Below, piece by piece: positions 23,730 through 37,352 of a stretch of DNA of 64,000 nucleotides. Positions within the stretch are counted from its first letter, which is position 1, and every line of letters starts with the position of its first letter. The DNA is taken from NCBI GenBank assembly GCA_002269645.1, contig NIVC01000735.1, positions 62,001 to 126,000 of the forward strand, in the 5' to 3' direction. The position numbers were made by a program, and so were the translations under genes. This stretch comes from Macrostomum lignano. Taxonomy: Eukaryota. The notes below the pieces were generated by a model that did no database searches, had not been told where the DNA came from, and saw only the letters and a program-made list of their open reading frames with translations.

Positions 23730-24035
23730 AACCCCTCTCCCCTCACCCCTCTTCCTCACCCCTCTCCCTCACCCCTCTTCCTCACCCCTCTCCCTCACCC
23801 CTCTCCCTCACCCCTCTCCCTCACCCCTCTCCCTCACCCCTCTCCCTCACCCCTCTTCCTCACCCCTCTTCCTCACCCCTCTTCCTCACCCTCTCCCTCA
23901 CCCCTCTTCCTCACCCCTCTCCCTCACCCCTCTCCCTCACCCCTCTTCCTCACCCCTCTCACTTACCCCTCTTCCTCACCCCTCTCACTTACCCCTCTTC
24001 CTCACCCCTCTCACTTACCCCTCTTCCTCACCCTT
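23730..24035. repeat. Pyrimidine-rich about 13-bp repeat (cctcacccctctc)
   Basis: Visible tandem units. Confidence 0.9.
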
Positions 24036-24879
24036 CCGTAGCCTGGGGAATCACCCCTCCCTCACGACCGCTCCCGCAACCCAACTTTCAAGCCTCGCCC
24101 AAGATCTCCTGCCATTCACTCCGCGCAGCCGGTTCGCAGACCCCCGAATAGCAGCGAGCACCGAATCCGTATTTTACATGCTGAATTTTTGTTTTTATGC
24201 ACGGACCGGCCGCCATTTTTCCGGCGGTCTTTTAACCTGCGCGTTTTCCGTTTCGAAAATGTGTTTGTGCAAAAATAAAGAGGAAATAATTTTAACAGAC
24301 CTTTCCCAGCAGGTGTCTGGCTGAGTTTACAGAGCTGTAGCTGTGCACCATGCGCGCCAGCTCTTTTCTGGCTCAATAACAAATTTGCTGAATTTTCAAT
24401 TCACGGCATTCGCTACAGTCATAATACGGCTTGCTTCTTCTGCTACTAGGGGAAAGAGGCTTTTTACTGCTGCACTCAGATTGTACCCAATTTGTAGCCT
24501 GCCTGGGACTTCAGGTATTTTTATTAGCACATCAGCTCAGCGCCCGGTTGCCTCCGCATGCTGTTGGGATCCAGTGATCGATTCCAACAGAAGCTCGTAT
24601 CGATGCTTTTAGCTTGCTTTTGGGCCAAGAAGCTCGCTTAATTACCGGTAGAAGTAGCTGACATTCAATATTGCCCATGCAGTTTGAATACGGGCTTTCT
24701 ATATTGGTAATTTGAGCGCCTTTGCTGAGAAACTGTACATTTACAGATTCATGAATATTGAACAGGTGAAGGTTGCACGTGGAAGTCAAAATGTGGCTCA
24801 GCTTTGGGTTGAGGGCTTTGCGAGAAAATGTACATGCGAGTACGTGTGGCTTTAATCAGTTCAACAGTTGCCTACCCAG

Positions 24880-25530
24880 ACCCTCCAACTGGACAGCCAC
24901 CCTCCCAGATCCTCAAACTGAGCAGCCACCCTCCCAGATCCTCAAACTGAGCAGCATGCTCCCTCCCAGATCCTCAAACTGAGCAGCATGCTCCCTCCCA
25001 GATCCTCAAACTGAGCAGCATGCTCCCTCCCAGATCCTCAAACTGAGCAGCATGCTCCCTCCCAGATCCTCAAACTGAGCAGCAAGCTCCCTCCCAGATC
25101 CTCAAACTGAGCAGCCGCCCTCCCAGACCATCAAATTGAGCAGCCACCCTCCCAGACCATCAAACTGAGCAGCCACCCTCCCAGACCATCAAATTAAGCA
25201 GCCACCCTCCCAGACCATCAAATTGAGCAGCCACCCTCCCAGATCCTCAAACTGAGCAGCATGCTCCCTTCCAGATCCTCAAACTGAGCAGCATGCTCCC
25301 TCCCAGATCCTCAAACTGAGCAGCAAGCTCCCTCCCAGATCCTCAAACTGAGCAGCATGCACCCTCCTAGATGCTCAAACTCCTAGTTCCTCAAACTGAG
25401 CAGCCACCCTCCCAGACCATCAAATTGAGCAGCCACCCTCCCAGACCCTCAAACTGAGCAGCCACCCTCCCAGACCCTCAAACTGAGCAGCCACCCTCCC
25501 AGACAATCTAACTGGGCAGCAGCCGACCTC
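24880..25530. repeat. About 30-bp minisatellite (cagccaccctcccagatcctcaaactgag)
   Basis: Visible tandem units. Confidence 0.92.
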
Positions 25531-26494
25531 CCAGACCAGAAAAATGGTTTGTCTCTATAGCTGTCTGTGATTGATTTCAGAAAATTAAGCTAAAATAGCA
25601 GCACCGAGGAATGCGGGATCTGCTCACTGCTCGGCCATGGGCGAGGAATCCGCCAGGGTTATCCGGGGTGACTCGCACGGGGTTTGCTAAATGAGTTGCT
25701 TGAGTGACTTGTTGAACGAGCTCAGCCCTGCGGGAAGTGGCCAGCCATGCGGCCTCCAAACTGGCCGGGCCGGCGATGATGGAGATAAATTGAGCTTGGC
25801 CAGCATCCTCCCTCTGGACTGGGGATTTCTGCGCGAGGAATTCGTGGCAATCTGGACAGCCCCCCCCCCTGCGCCAGGGATTGCCCGCAGATCTGCAAAT
25901 CGATATAAAAAGCAAAGTTGTTTCACTTCCCGTCTGCCTGCTGCAACTCCGGGTAAATCCCATTTTTGGAATTCCGCAGCCGCGCTTTCCCTTTCGGCTC
26001 CTCCGTGTGCTGCCTCCGGTCGGTGCTGCTTGCTGCCTGCGTTTCAATTCAGTTTTGATACAAAAAAGCAAAACATTGTTTATGACCTCTGTCATCTGCT
26101 TCTGTGTTTAGAAAATTCTTTAGCAGTGAGTCAGCCGGTTAGAGAAAACTCTGGCCGTGGGAGCCGCAGTTCTGAGTTGGGAGCGGCCCGGCCTCGGCTC
26201 TGCTCAGTGAGTTTCAGTGGGTAAATGAAGGCAGCAGCTCAGCGAAAGCACTCGCGCCCTGAGCAGGAGCAGAAGGACAGTTTAAAAGAAAGAGCAAAAG
26301 GAGCAACTGACGTTCAAGAGCCTCTGATCGGTGCGTGAGCACCTCGGCTTGGTCAGCTCACGCGGATGCCCCTCCCCGGCTGAGCTGCTCCAGTCGGCCA
26401 CCCCCCTCTCCGTTCCCCTCTCGCCCTCGCCTAATTACCGCGAGGTCAAAACGAAATGGAAATGCAGCTTTCTTTTAAAAAAAGTGCAGCAGCT

Positions 26495-26741
26495 TGACTG
26501 ACTGACTGACTGACTGACTGACTGACTGACTGACTGACTGACTGACTGACTGACTGACTGACTGACTGACTGACTGACTGACTGACTGACTGACTGACTG
26601 ACTGACTGACTGACTGACTGACTGACTGACTGACTGACTGACTGACTGATTGACTGACTGACTGACTGACTGACTGACTGACTGACTGACTGACTGACTG
26701 ACTGACTGACTGACTGACTGACTGACTGACTGACTGACTGA
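26495..26741. repeat. (GACT)n microsatellite
   Basis: Direct. Confidence 0.98.
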
Positions 26742-27110
26742 CAGGACTCAAAAATGGGTTCTTGGCCAAATGACTCAAGTCGATCTAGCTGTTGAGTATG
26801 CTATACCAATCATACTCAGATCCGTCAAAGCCAAGAAAACTATGCACAGGTTGGCTGATGCATTTATGCACTTGAAAGCGGTGGCAACAGAAAATATTAC
26901 TTGCAGTACTTTTGAAAAGCGAAATATGGAAATAGCGGGATCTGCTTGTGCGGTGCGCGAGCTGCTCAGTAAAGTTGATCGACTGTGAAAGTCGGCAGGT
27001 GCTCAGGTGCAGGGGCGCTTGGCTGCTGGGTGGTGACTAGTATGTGGTATGAGGGGAGGCAAGGAGGCTGGGAACGGGCAGATGAAGAGCTTTGCCGGAC
27101 TCCGAGATGG

Positions 27111-28429
27111 TCAGGGCAGGCGCTGCTGGCGGCCCCAGGTGGCGCCGCCGAGCCGCACAACCTCGCCAACCAGACGGTCTATTTCGTCAGCCACTGGGTC
27201 GTAGTAGACTGCCGCTCCGCCACGCTGCGCGCCGTCTGGCAGGTTCTGGTGGCTGTTCCGGTGACAGCGGGGCGGCAGCGGGGGCGGCGGCAGCGGCAAG
27301 GTCCGGTACTCGCCGTTCCTGCCGCCCGTCCACCGGGTTGCTCGGCTCGGCCCGGGCGAGGAAGCCGCCGCGAAAAAGGCCGACACGTCCAGCTCGACCA
27401 GGTCGAAGTCGTCATCGTCGCCGACTTGGATGGCGGAGCTGGCAGCGCCGAGGTCGGCGGCAGCGGCATTGGGTGGCCGTCGGAGCAGCAGGTAGTCGAT
27501 GTCCTCCTCGCGGGTCACCCAGTGCTGCGAGGCCGCCGCTGCCGCTGCAACTGCCGCAGCCGCCTCCGGCGGGGTGTCCCGGTCGGAGCTGTAGCCGCTC
27601 GAGACGGAGCCGCCGGGAGGCAGCGGCAGGCAGGGGAAGGCGGAAGTCAGGTAGGGACTCACCTGGCAATGCAGAGCAGGGGACAGAATGATTGGCAAGT
27701 GACCTCAAATAGCTTTGACCTTTGCTGTACCACTGCTCTATCCCAGCTGGCCCCGAGTTCTCAAAGGCCTCACCAAGGTGGAGTCCTGGTCGGAGCCGGA
27801 CGAGTCGTAGGGGCAGCGGAAGCGGACCATCCTGGCGCTCGCGCTCTTCGTCATCGCCGAGCCGCCGCCGTTCGCCCTCGACAATCGTCGACCGGACGAT
27901 GATGGCAGCGCGGATGTTGCCTCGGCAGCTCGCGGCATCACAGCCGCGGCTTCGCCGATGCTGGAGGTGGCAAAACCGGTGGAAGCGTCGGCGGCAGCCG
28001 CGGCAGGGCTTCGCAGGGGATCGTGCGACAGCGAACGCTCCGGGGAGCCGCGCCAGCGTCGGTGGAAGACCCAGCGCGTGTACACATAGTCCTGCAGTTC
28101 TGAGCAGCTTTCCGACTCCGCCTCAGCCATCGTCGTCGCAGCGTCTGAGGCCGACTGCCGTCTCCGCGGCCGCATCAGGAAGTTGCGCAGCCGGCGGCCC
28201 AGCGATTCTGACGGTCGGCGCTGGCGTCTCGGCCGCCACTGCTGCTGCTGCTTCCAGCCTCCGGCGGCTTCATCGTCCAGCTCATCTGCTCCCTTCCTCG
28301 CCTCTTCGGCCTCGTCGTCGAACCCGCCGGCTCCGATGCGCTGGAGGAAGGCCGCCGCGTCCGCGAATGCGGAGGGAGTCGGCGGCTGCTGCCTGAGCTG
28401 ACTGCGGCCTCTTGGGCGGCTGCGGTGGT
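27111..28429 (-). CDS. Last two exons of an uncharacterised low-complexity, probably disordered protein
   Basis: Exons 28429-27774 and 27662-27111 join in phase 0 with canonical sites and GC-rich codons. Tyr motifs DYVY, DYLL, EYRTL and VYYDPV. No domain or 5' exon identified. Confidence 0.55.
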
Positions 28430-28431
28430 CT

Positions 28432-28720
28432 GCAGGTGTGTGGGTTCGGGCACAGGTGTGTGGGTTCGGGCACAGGTGTCTGGGTTCGGGCACAGGTGTG
28501 TGGGTTCGGGCACATGTGTGTGGGTTCGGGCACAGGTGTGTGGGTTCGGGCACAGGTGTGTGGGTTCGGGCACATGTGTGTGGGTTCGGGCACAGGTGTG
28601 TGGGTTCGGGCACAGGTGTGTGGGTTCGGGCACAGGTGTGTGGGTTCGGGCACAAGTGTGTGGGTTCGGGCACAGGTGTGTGGGTTCGGGCACAGGTGTG
28701 TGGGTTCGGGCACAAGTGTG
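28432..28720. repeat. 20-bp minisatellite (cacaggtgtgtgggttcggg) abutting the acceptor of the - strand gene
   Basis: Direct. Confidence 0.95.
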
Positions 28721-29348
28721 CTGGTTTTAGCTTTTAAGTCACAGTTTAGCCAAGGACCACTAGGAAGGTAGATCAATAAGTCCTTGGGCCTAGCGCTTTT
28801 TCAGCTTCACAGGGGCGGGAGTTGACGCCTTATTGCGCAGGTCTGTGAAGAAAGGTCAGCCATTGTTATTCCGAGCTGGGCCGCTGCTCACAGGCTCAGT
28901 TTCCCGCTACTCCGCTGCGTCATGCAGTGAGTTGCTCACCTCAGTAGGTGCCGGTTTTGCAGTCCCGGCGCCTCCCCAGACCCCCCACGCCATTGCGTGA
29001 GCCGCCAAACACGCGAACCGGTTGTTAAAAGCGACCCGTGTCGAATTTAGTGGCAAGCAGAGGAAACTGCGGCTGTAAAATGGGCCGCAAATTCACTGCC
29101 GTCTCCGCCAGCCTCTGAGCCGGGCAGCTCCTCATCTGCCCCAGACTCTCCGTCGCCATCTTTCTCACTTAAGCGGCTCTCACGGTTGAGAATATTCCAC
29201 TTGCGGTGAATTACACTGCCATATCTCGGGTTTCATGCTATCGCATGATTATTAATTATGAATGGGATCGGTTTTGGGGATTTGCAGCTGCGTTTCCGGG
29301 CCGAGCTTTGGGAAATACTGCGCTTTTCTAGGAAAGCTGATATTGAAA

Positions 29349-29517
<169 letters not shown>

Positions 29518-30316
29518 GCAGTGGAATAAGCGAAGCATGGGCAGCCAGTGGGAAAGCGGGTGTGGATTATTATAATTAGCGGACAAAGAGTAACAACAGA
29601 GAAGGCGGCAGCTGGCAGGCGGGAGGCTGAGCTTCCCCTCCTCTCTCTTTTCTCTCTTCACCCCCAGCCGTGGCAGCCGCGCATAGCTGATGAGCTTGCG
29701 GCACTCAGCCGCCCCGCCCAGCAGGAATTTCAGCCCTCGCCCGCCGCCCCGGTGCGACGCCACTTCAAGCCGGCCGGCCAGTCCGCATGGCGGGCGGGGA
29801 AGTGGCCAGCCGGATCCCTAAGCGGGATCTGCACCCTGGACGGCTAGAGTAGAGATGGAGCGCTTAGATGAGGCTGGATTGATGAGGAATAAATTGGGAC
29901 AATAGAGGGAAACTGTCAGACCCATTTTGAGCTCTCTGTCTTCCACTCCCATTTTCCCCTTTTGTCACGGCGGCCCCCGCGCCAGGAAATTCCTTTGTGC
30001 CGCTGCTTGCGCATTCCGTTTTCGCCCCCCGGCCCGGCTGATTCATGCGGGCAGGCGGCGGGGAGGCTGGGCGGCGGCGGTGATGAAGCTTAGAGAGGCC
30101 GGAGCTGGGGGCATACTGAGTGATTGTTGACTAACAAAGCCGGCAGACAGTTTGGTTGGCCTGAAAGCATGCGAGTCCTCTGTGTGACCTTATCTAAAGC
30201 TTATTGTCGGTGGCCTTCGCTGCATGAAGGAAGATTCGCCTGCAAATTCTCTCTGAAGAAGATCCCTTCGGCAGGATTTTTCAGGTGGGATTTTTCTAAT
30301 TGGTGGGAATTCTCAG

Positions 30317-31410
30317 GGTGTGGGAAATCTCTTGTGGTGTGGGAAATCTCTTGTGGTGTGGGAAATCTCTTGTGGTGTGGGAAATCTCTTGTGGTGTGGG
30401 AAATCTCTTGTGGTGTGGGAAATCTCTTGTGGTGTGGGAAATCTCTTGTGGTGTGGGAAATCTCTTGTGGTGTGGGAAATCTCTTGTGGTGTGGGAAATC
30501 TCTTGTGGTGTGGGAAATCTCTTGTGGTGTGGGAAATCTCTTGTGGTGTGGGAAATCTCTTGTGGTGTGGGAAATCTCTTGTGGTGTGGGAAATCTCTTG
30601 TGGTGTGGGAAATCTCTTGCGGTGTGGGAAATCTCTTGTGGTGTGGGAAATCTCTTGTGGTGTGGGATATATCTCGTGGTGTGGGAAATCTCTTGTGGTG
30701 TGGGAAATCTCTTGTGGTGTGGGAAATCTCTTGTGGTGTGGGAAATCTCTTGTGGTGTGGGAAATCTCTTGTGGTGTGGGAAATCTCTTGTGGTGTGGGA
30801 AATCTCTTGTGGTGTGGGAAATCTCTTGTGGTGTGGGAAATCTCTTGTGGTGTGGGAAATCTCTTGTGGTGTGGGAAATCTCTTGTGGTGTGGGAAATCT
30901 CTTGTGGTGTGGGAAATCTCTTGTGGTGTGGGAAATCTCTTGTGGTGTGGGAAATCTCTTGTGGTGTGGGAAATCTCTTGTGGTGTGGGAAATCTCTTGT
31001 GGTGTGGGATATATCTCGTGGTGTGGGAAATCTCTTGTGGTGTGGGAAATCTCTTGTGGTGTGGGATATATCTCGTGGTGTGGGAAATCTCTTGTGGTGT
31101 GGGAAATCTCTCGGGTGTGGGAAATCTCTTGTGTGTGGGAAATCTCTCGAGTGTGGGAAATCTCCTGTGGTGTGGGAAATCTCTCGGGTGTGGGAAATCT
31201 CTTGGGTGTGGGAAATCTCTTGGGTGTGGGAAATCTCTTGGGTGTGGGAAATCTCTTGGGTGTGGGAAATCTCAGTTGTAGGAAATTTCTCCGGTGTGGG
31301 AAATCTCTCCGGTGTGGGAAATCTCTCGGGTGTGGGAAATCTTGGGGTTTGGGAAATCTCTCGATATGTGGGAAATCTCTCGGGTGTGGGAAATCTCTCT
31401 GAATGTGGGA
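30317..31410. repeat. 19-bp minisatellite (tgggaaatctcttgtggtg), degenerating toward the right
   Basis: Direct; source of five overlapping repeat ORFs. Confidence 0.96.
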
Positions 31411-32768
31411 AACTTTTAAGACGGACATCCCTCAGATGTGATGCTTCTATCGCTTCAGATAAATGGAAGCGCAGGTAAACAATAGCAGTAATTACTCGAA
31501 CAGCACCCAGGCAGCCCTGTTCTGCACCCATGCCCGGACAAGCATTTGGAGCCAGGATCAGTTCCAAGGAAGTTTGCGGCCGGGGAGTCCCGTTGTGAAG
31601 GCCAAAGCGGGAGGGGCCGGCCGCGCCTGATGAGGCGCACGGAACGAACAAGGGGATTCGGAATCGCAGACCGATTAGGAAGCTGGAGCCGCCAATCACG
31701 GCGCGTCCAAATCAGGCCGGCCGGATGAATGGGGAGCAAAAACAGGGCCGACTAATTTCTCCCCTTATTTTCCCGGCGCAGAGGAGAAGTGACTCAGCGT
31801 CCCCAGCGCGATTCTTTCGCCACCGCTGCTGCTGCTCAACAAAATCGGAAAATTGCGGGGGGAAATCCGCCTACAAGCCAAGGGGGCCGGCATGGCTAAT
31901 CCAAAGTAATAAGCATTGCGCAGCGGGGGGTCCCACAAGGCCTTTCTCGAGCGCGTATCGTCCCCGCCACCGACTCAGCGCTGCTCTCTGACAAGCTGCT
32001 GCCCTGCTCGGCTGCGGGAAGAATTCCCCTCCCAGTCTGTCTTCCCCTCTCCAGCTCCGGTTTCCCGCCCGCTCGCTAATCTCGCCGCTAATCCGATCGG
32101 GGCCGAGCCGGCAGCGCCGCGCTGGTGCCTCCTCCCTCCTTCCGTCTCCCCGATCTCCGCTCGACCGCGCTGATGAGGGGGAGAAGAGGAAGATCAAGGA
32201 TGCTGGAGGGGGGGGCGCCAGCCTCAGTTGCTTGAGAAGCTGCGCAACTTTTTGCACGGGGCGCAGAAGGAAATCTGATCGGACCCCGACTTTGGGGGCT
32301 TCAACTCTTGCTTTGTGATGGGGATTTAGCGAGGGATAACAGCTAAGGGAGGGCGTCAGGCCAGATCCCGTGAGACCCGAGCCACCTGACACGCCAGCCT
32401 GTGCGCTGGGACTTTGACGCGATCTTTGCTCCCCCGACCCCAAGGAAGCCAGCCTCATTCAGCCGGCCAGTGGAAATCCTTGGAGTTTGCCTGCGCCCAG
32501 CTTCCTTCCGCTCTTCTTTCTCCATCACCCAACTTTGCCTGCCGCACTGCTCAAGACGGCCCTGCGGTGTAGGCGGGGCTGCTCGGCACTTCAGCTCAGT
32601 CGGGCCCTTCCTCTTCTTTATCCTCATCTTCCCCTGGCCTTGAAGCCCTGCCGGTCGGTCCAGAGGATTAGTTGGGGGCTCTCAAGTGGCCAGGGGTTTG
32701 GGGGATGATTGCGGCTGGGAACAGCGGTTGGTGATGGCGGGAGCGAAGCTGGAGCCGAGAACCAGGCG

Positions 32769-32782
32769 GCTGCCATGGCAAC
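32769..32782. promoter_or_regulatory. Candidate RFX X-box (gctgccatggcaac)
   Basis: Matches the degenerate X-box consensus RYYNYYWWRSNRAC; target gene unknown. Confidence 0.3.
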
Positions 32783-33256
32783 CTAGTAAGCCTGCCTAAA
32801 ATTCCAATCTTAAGAAGCGCAGGAGTTCACCAAAAATGCCACAACTAATGGGGGTATTTTTCATGCCTGTCCCGCAGCCGCTTCCCGTTCCGCTCCCAGC
32901 CGAGAATGGACGGCGGAAGGCTTCCCAGGAGTGTCTCTGATCCCGCTGGACAGCCCTGGCAACAGCTGACACGCAAGAGTCAAGGACGGACAGCCCGGGG
33001 TCCCAGCTCCACTTCCGCTGCTTGCAGCCGGCGGCGGGGGGTTCGGGAGGAGCGGCCGGCGGCACTAAACTTTACAGTTTTGCCCACAAGAAGCGCGTGA
33101 AACACCGAATGGCTTCGTTGAATTGGGAGACTGGAGATGCACGCTGGGATAGCGGATGTCTTTGGGGAGCATTGAATGCGTTGGAGGCCTGCGTCTCCTG
33201 GCAGATCTGGACAAATCTGATGCCCCTGTGTCCGGCTATAATATTCAGGTTTCAGC

Positions 33257-33670
33257 CTACGATATCCCGGTGTCAGACACTCTCACCCCGGTGTCAGACA
33301 CTCTCACCCCGGTGTCAGACACTCTCACCCCGGTGTCAGACAGTCTCATCCCGGTGTCAGACACTCTCATCCCGGTGTCAGACACTCACCTCGGTGTCAG
33401 ACACTCTCACCCCGGTGTCAGACAGTCTCACCCCGGTGTCAGACAGTCTCACCCCGGTGTCAGACACTCTCACCCCAGTGTCAGACACTCTCACCCCGGT
33501 TTCAGACACTCTCACCCCGGTGTCAGACAGTCTCACCCCGGTGTCAGACACTCTCAGCCCGGTTTCAGACACTCTCACCCCGGTGTCAGACAGTCTCACC
33601 CCGGTATCAGACACTCTCACCCCGGTATCAGACACTCTCACCCCGGTGTCAGACAGTCTCACCCCGGTGA
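33257..33670. repeat. 21-bp minisatellite (cccggtgtcagacactctcac)
   Basis: Direct. Confidence 0.95.
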
Positions 33671-34284
33671 CGGACCGACACTCACCTGTCATGTGTCAAA
33701 CTCTGCGGCTGCTGACCAGAGTGATCCAGCAGGAGCTCCGGTGGGATCGAATCTCGCCGATTTTCCGCTTCGAGTCGGGCCAGCCAGTCGCGATGGAGGC
33801 CAAAAAGGACAGCTCTGCTCTGCTTTCTCCCGTCTGTCAGCCGTGGCACGGAGCTCCAAGTTCTCACCTGCTCTCTCGCTCGTTGGCCGGGTCTTCTGCT
33901 TCGTCAGATTTCGCTTGCCAGACGTTTTTGAGGAAACCCGGGGCCGGCTGCTGGCCAGGCGCTCCGCTGGTTGGCTGGCCGGAGCTGGCCAATCAGAAGA
34001 GTTCAAGCAGGCCTGCCGTCTGTCTTGGAATCAGGGTGTCAGGTAGGGGTGCACTGGTTCGGGTGCAGATTAGAAGTAAATTGGCAAATACACAGCAAGT
34101 ATGAGTTGCATTATCTGCTTTTGCAATCAGCGAATTTGGCTGTCGCAGACTCTCTTTTTTATATTTTTGCTACATTTAGCTTTGAGTCTCACTCCGATGC
34201 ATCCAGTGCACCTCACCTCATCTAGGGAGAGTAAAGGGCTCTGCAGGTTGTTTAAGGATATCCGGTCTCTCCTGTCCTTGCCGT

Positions 34285-34950
34285 CTTACCCTCTCTATTA
34301 CCCTCTATATCACCCTCTCTATCATCCTCTCTCACCCTCTCTATCACCCTCTCTATCACCCTCCCTATCACCCTCTCTATCACCCTCTCTATCACCCTCC
34401 CTATCACCCTCTCTATCACCCTCTCTCACCCTCTCTCTCACCCTCCCTATCACCCTCTACATCACCCTCTCTCACCCTCTCTCTCACCCTCCCTATCACC
34501 CTCTCTATCACCCTCTCTCACCCTCTCTCTCACCCTCTCTCTCACCCTCTCTATCACCCTCTCTATCACCCTCCCTATCACCCTCTCTATCACCCTCTCT
34601 ATCACCCTCCCTATCACCCTCTCTATCACCCTCTCTCACCCTCTCTCTCACCCTCCCTATCACCCTCTCTATCACCCTCCCTATCACCCTCTCTATCACC
34701 CTCTCTCACCCTCTCTCTCACCCTCCCTATCACCCTCTACATCACCCTCTCTCACCCTCTCTCTCACCCTCCCTATCACCCTCTCTATCACCCTCTCTCA
34801 CCCTCTCTCTCACCCTCTCTCTCACCCTCTCTATCACCCTCTCTATCACCCTCCCTATCACCCTCTCTATCACCCTCCCTATCACCCTCTCTATCACCCT
34901 CTCTCACCCTCTCTCTCACCCTCCCTATCACCCTCTACATCACCCTCTTC
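34285..34950. repeat. 12-bp pyrimidine-rich repeat (ctctctatcacc)
   Basis: Direct. Confidence 0.93.
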
Positions 34951-36089
34951 CATAGATTTTTTACCGACTTTCAACTCCAGCTCGGTGAAGCCCAATCTGC
35001 CAAGTGCTCAAACTCTCCAGTGCAAGTTTCCCCAATCAAGAGCCTCATTGAGCAGAGGCGGCGGTGAGCTGAGCAGCCCTTGAGTGACGCCCCTTCCCAC
35101 AGGCAGGTGGAACTTTAAGGAGTCCGGATAGTGGAGCAAAGCAGAGCGAGCCGAGGCAGCGGGAAAGGACGGCAGAGCCAGCAGCCCACGCACTGATTAG
35201 GAAGGCCAATCTCTGACAAAAATCAGTCCTTTGTGCTGAGCTGTTGACACTGGGCTGGGGACTCAAAATCTGATCTGCTTTGCTCCCGGCTCTCCAGCTC
35301 TGATTCCAGTAGTGAATCGATTGAATTCAGCGGGATCAGTTCGCGCAATTGAAGGGGTTTGAGGATCAACTTGAGACGGCCTAGCGGGGCCTCTCAGTCC
35401 GCGCTGTGTGCTCAGACGCGGGGAATTTCTCCCATTCCACGGCACCGCTGCTGTGCTGGCTTTGAAACCCGCGAATAGGGAAGACTGACAGCTGCCGGGA
35501 AATCCTAGCCTTAAGCCGCTCTTTAGGGCGGACGGAGACCCCCCTGCCCACCTCCAGAGGCACTGAAAGACAGGCAGACAGGCAGCAACAATCAGGCAAT
35601 CTGTGCTCCCCAGTTTCCTGCATTGTTTTGCTTGCTTCGGGCCTGAGATTCGAATCTGGTCCGCCCCGACCAGCGTGGGCTGCTGTGTTTTCTCAGTGAC
35701 TCACCCACTCAGCCTCCCTCCATCCGGACTGGGTGCTGGGAGATTATGCTAATCAGCTGTGGGATAAAAATCAGTGGGGAGCCTCTTCAGTCGCGATCCT
35801 GTGGCAACAGTTCCCTGGGGGGGCAAATCATCGCGCTTATTCGATGTGCCTGGTTGTCAGGCCGGTTGTTAGGCTGTTGCCATGCGAGAGAAGGCAAAGC
35901 TTGAACCCCCCCCCCCTGGGGGAGTCAGACCTCTCCTGTCGAGTGATTTTTGAAATAGATAAAATAAATGCAGTTTGAATGCCTCCAGTTGAATCCGGAG
36001 GCATTTCAATATTGATGATGTAATCATATTTTTAGGTTGCTAAATTTGGGCTTGGGAGTTTGAGGGTTGTGAGGTTTGCCGATTTTTGA

Positions 36090-36415
36090 GGTTTGTTGTT
36101 TGTGAGGTGGTTTGTTCTTTGTGAGGTGGTTTGTTGTTTGTGAGGTTTTGTTCTTTGTGAGGAAAGTTTGTTTGTGAGGTTTGTTGGTTGTGAGGTTAGT
36201 TTTTTGTGAGGTTTGTTGATTGTGAGGTTTGTTGATTGTGAGGTTAGTTTTTTGTGAGGTTTGTTGATTGTGAGGTTTGTTGATTGTGAGGTTTGTTGTT
36301 TGTGAGGTTTGGTGTTTGTGAGGTTTGTTGATTGTGAGGTTTGTTGTTTGTGAGGTTTGTTTGTGAGGTTTGTCGGTTCTAAATTTTGTTGTTTTAGGGC
36401 TTGTTGGTTGTGAGG
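36090..36415. repeat. About 16-bp GT-rich repeat (tgtgaggtttgttg..)
   Basis: Direct. Confidence 0.88.
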
Positions 36416-37352
36416 TTCATGAACAGTAAAGCTTTAAGTCCCTGGCTAAACCCAGTTGTTGCCAGGCACTCGCAGATGCAGAGCAGCGCACTGGCAGGGC
36501 ACAGGATGGCCAAAATTGACTCAAGACTCCTCCCGAGTGACTGCGGCGCCCAGCCCGGCCTTGGCAATTTAAATTAAAAAAGGCAGAGCCTTGCAGCCTT
36601 GCACTTGCCATGTGGCAGCCAGCCATGAGAAAATTAATTCCACCTTCCCGGCAGTCTCTCTCTCTCTCCATCACAGCTCAGCTCAGACTTTATTTTGCTC
36701 ATTTTGTGTGGCTGCTCAACTGCTGAGGCCGCCCCGCCCCCACGCAGCTGGAAGTCGGGCAGCGTAGCCGCGACTGTTGAGCTTCGCCCTCCAGCGCCTC
36801 TCGACTCGGGTGGGTCGCGTCAAGGTGGGTCTCAGGTGTGCGCCAGTGCTAATAACAGTCTTGAAACTGTGTAATTTTCTCTCCGCTGGACTCTGCTGAG
36901 CTGAGCGTGAGCTGCATCTCTGGGGTCTGGCTGCCATCTGCCTGCATGCAGGGTTGCAGCAAATTAATGATGGAGCGGGGCTGAGGCTGGGTAAGATAAA
37001 CAAAAGCAGGGTCCCTCCCGAGATAAGCTGGTGTTTATTACCCTATGCATTTGCCAGCCTGCCTACTGGCCTCTGCGGCCCGGCAGTAGGCAGAGATGCA
37101 TCCGCTATGCACTCGGCTGGCTGGATCTTGCAACAAGAAAAGCAAAAAAATTCTAGGGTTGTAAAGTAGGCCCATAAATACAGGGATTAACGATTGGAAA
37201 GATTTTCCGCAAGTTTAACCGAAGTTAAAGTTAAAAGGCTCTGGGTGTCATTTGACTTTTTGGTCGGAAATTCTGATAATTTGAAACTGGCTGCGCATGA
37301 AATTCTGCAAAACAATAATTAGAACGTTATAGCATATTGAGCCTGTTTCACA

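Noticed and set aside
25577-26224. ORFs of 172-177 aa on both strands
   Set aside because: No domain, no convincing splice phase linkage and mixed codon usage; probably UTR or intergenic.
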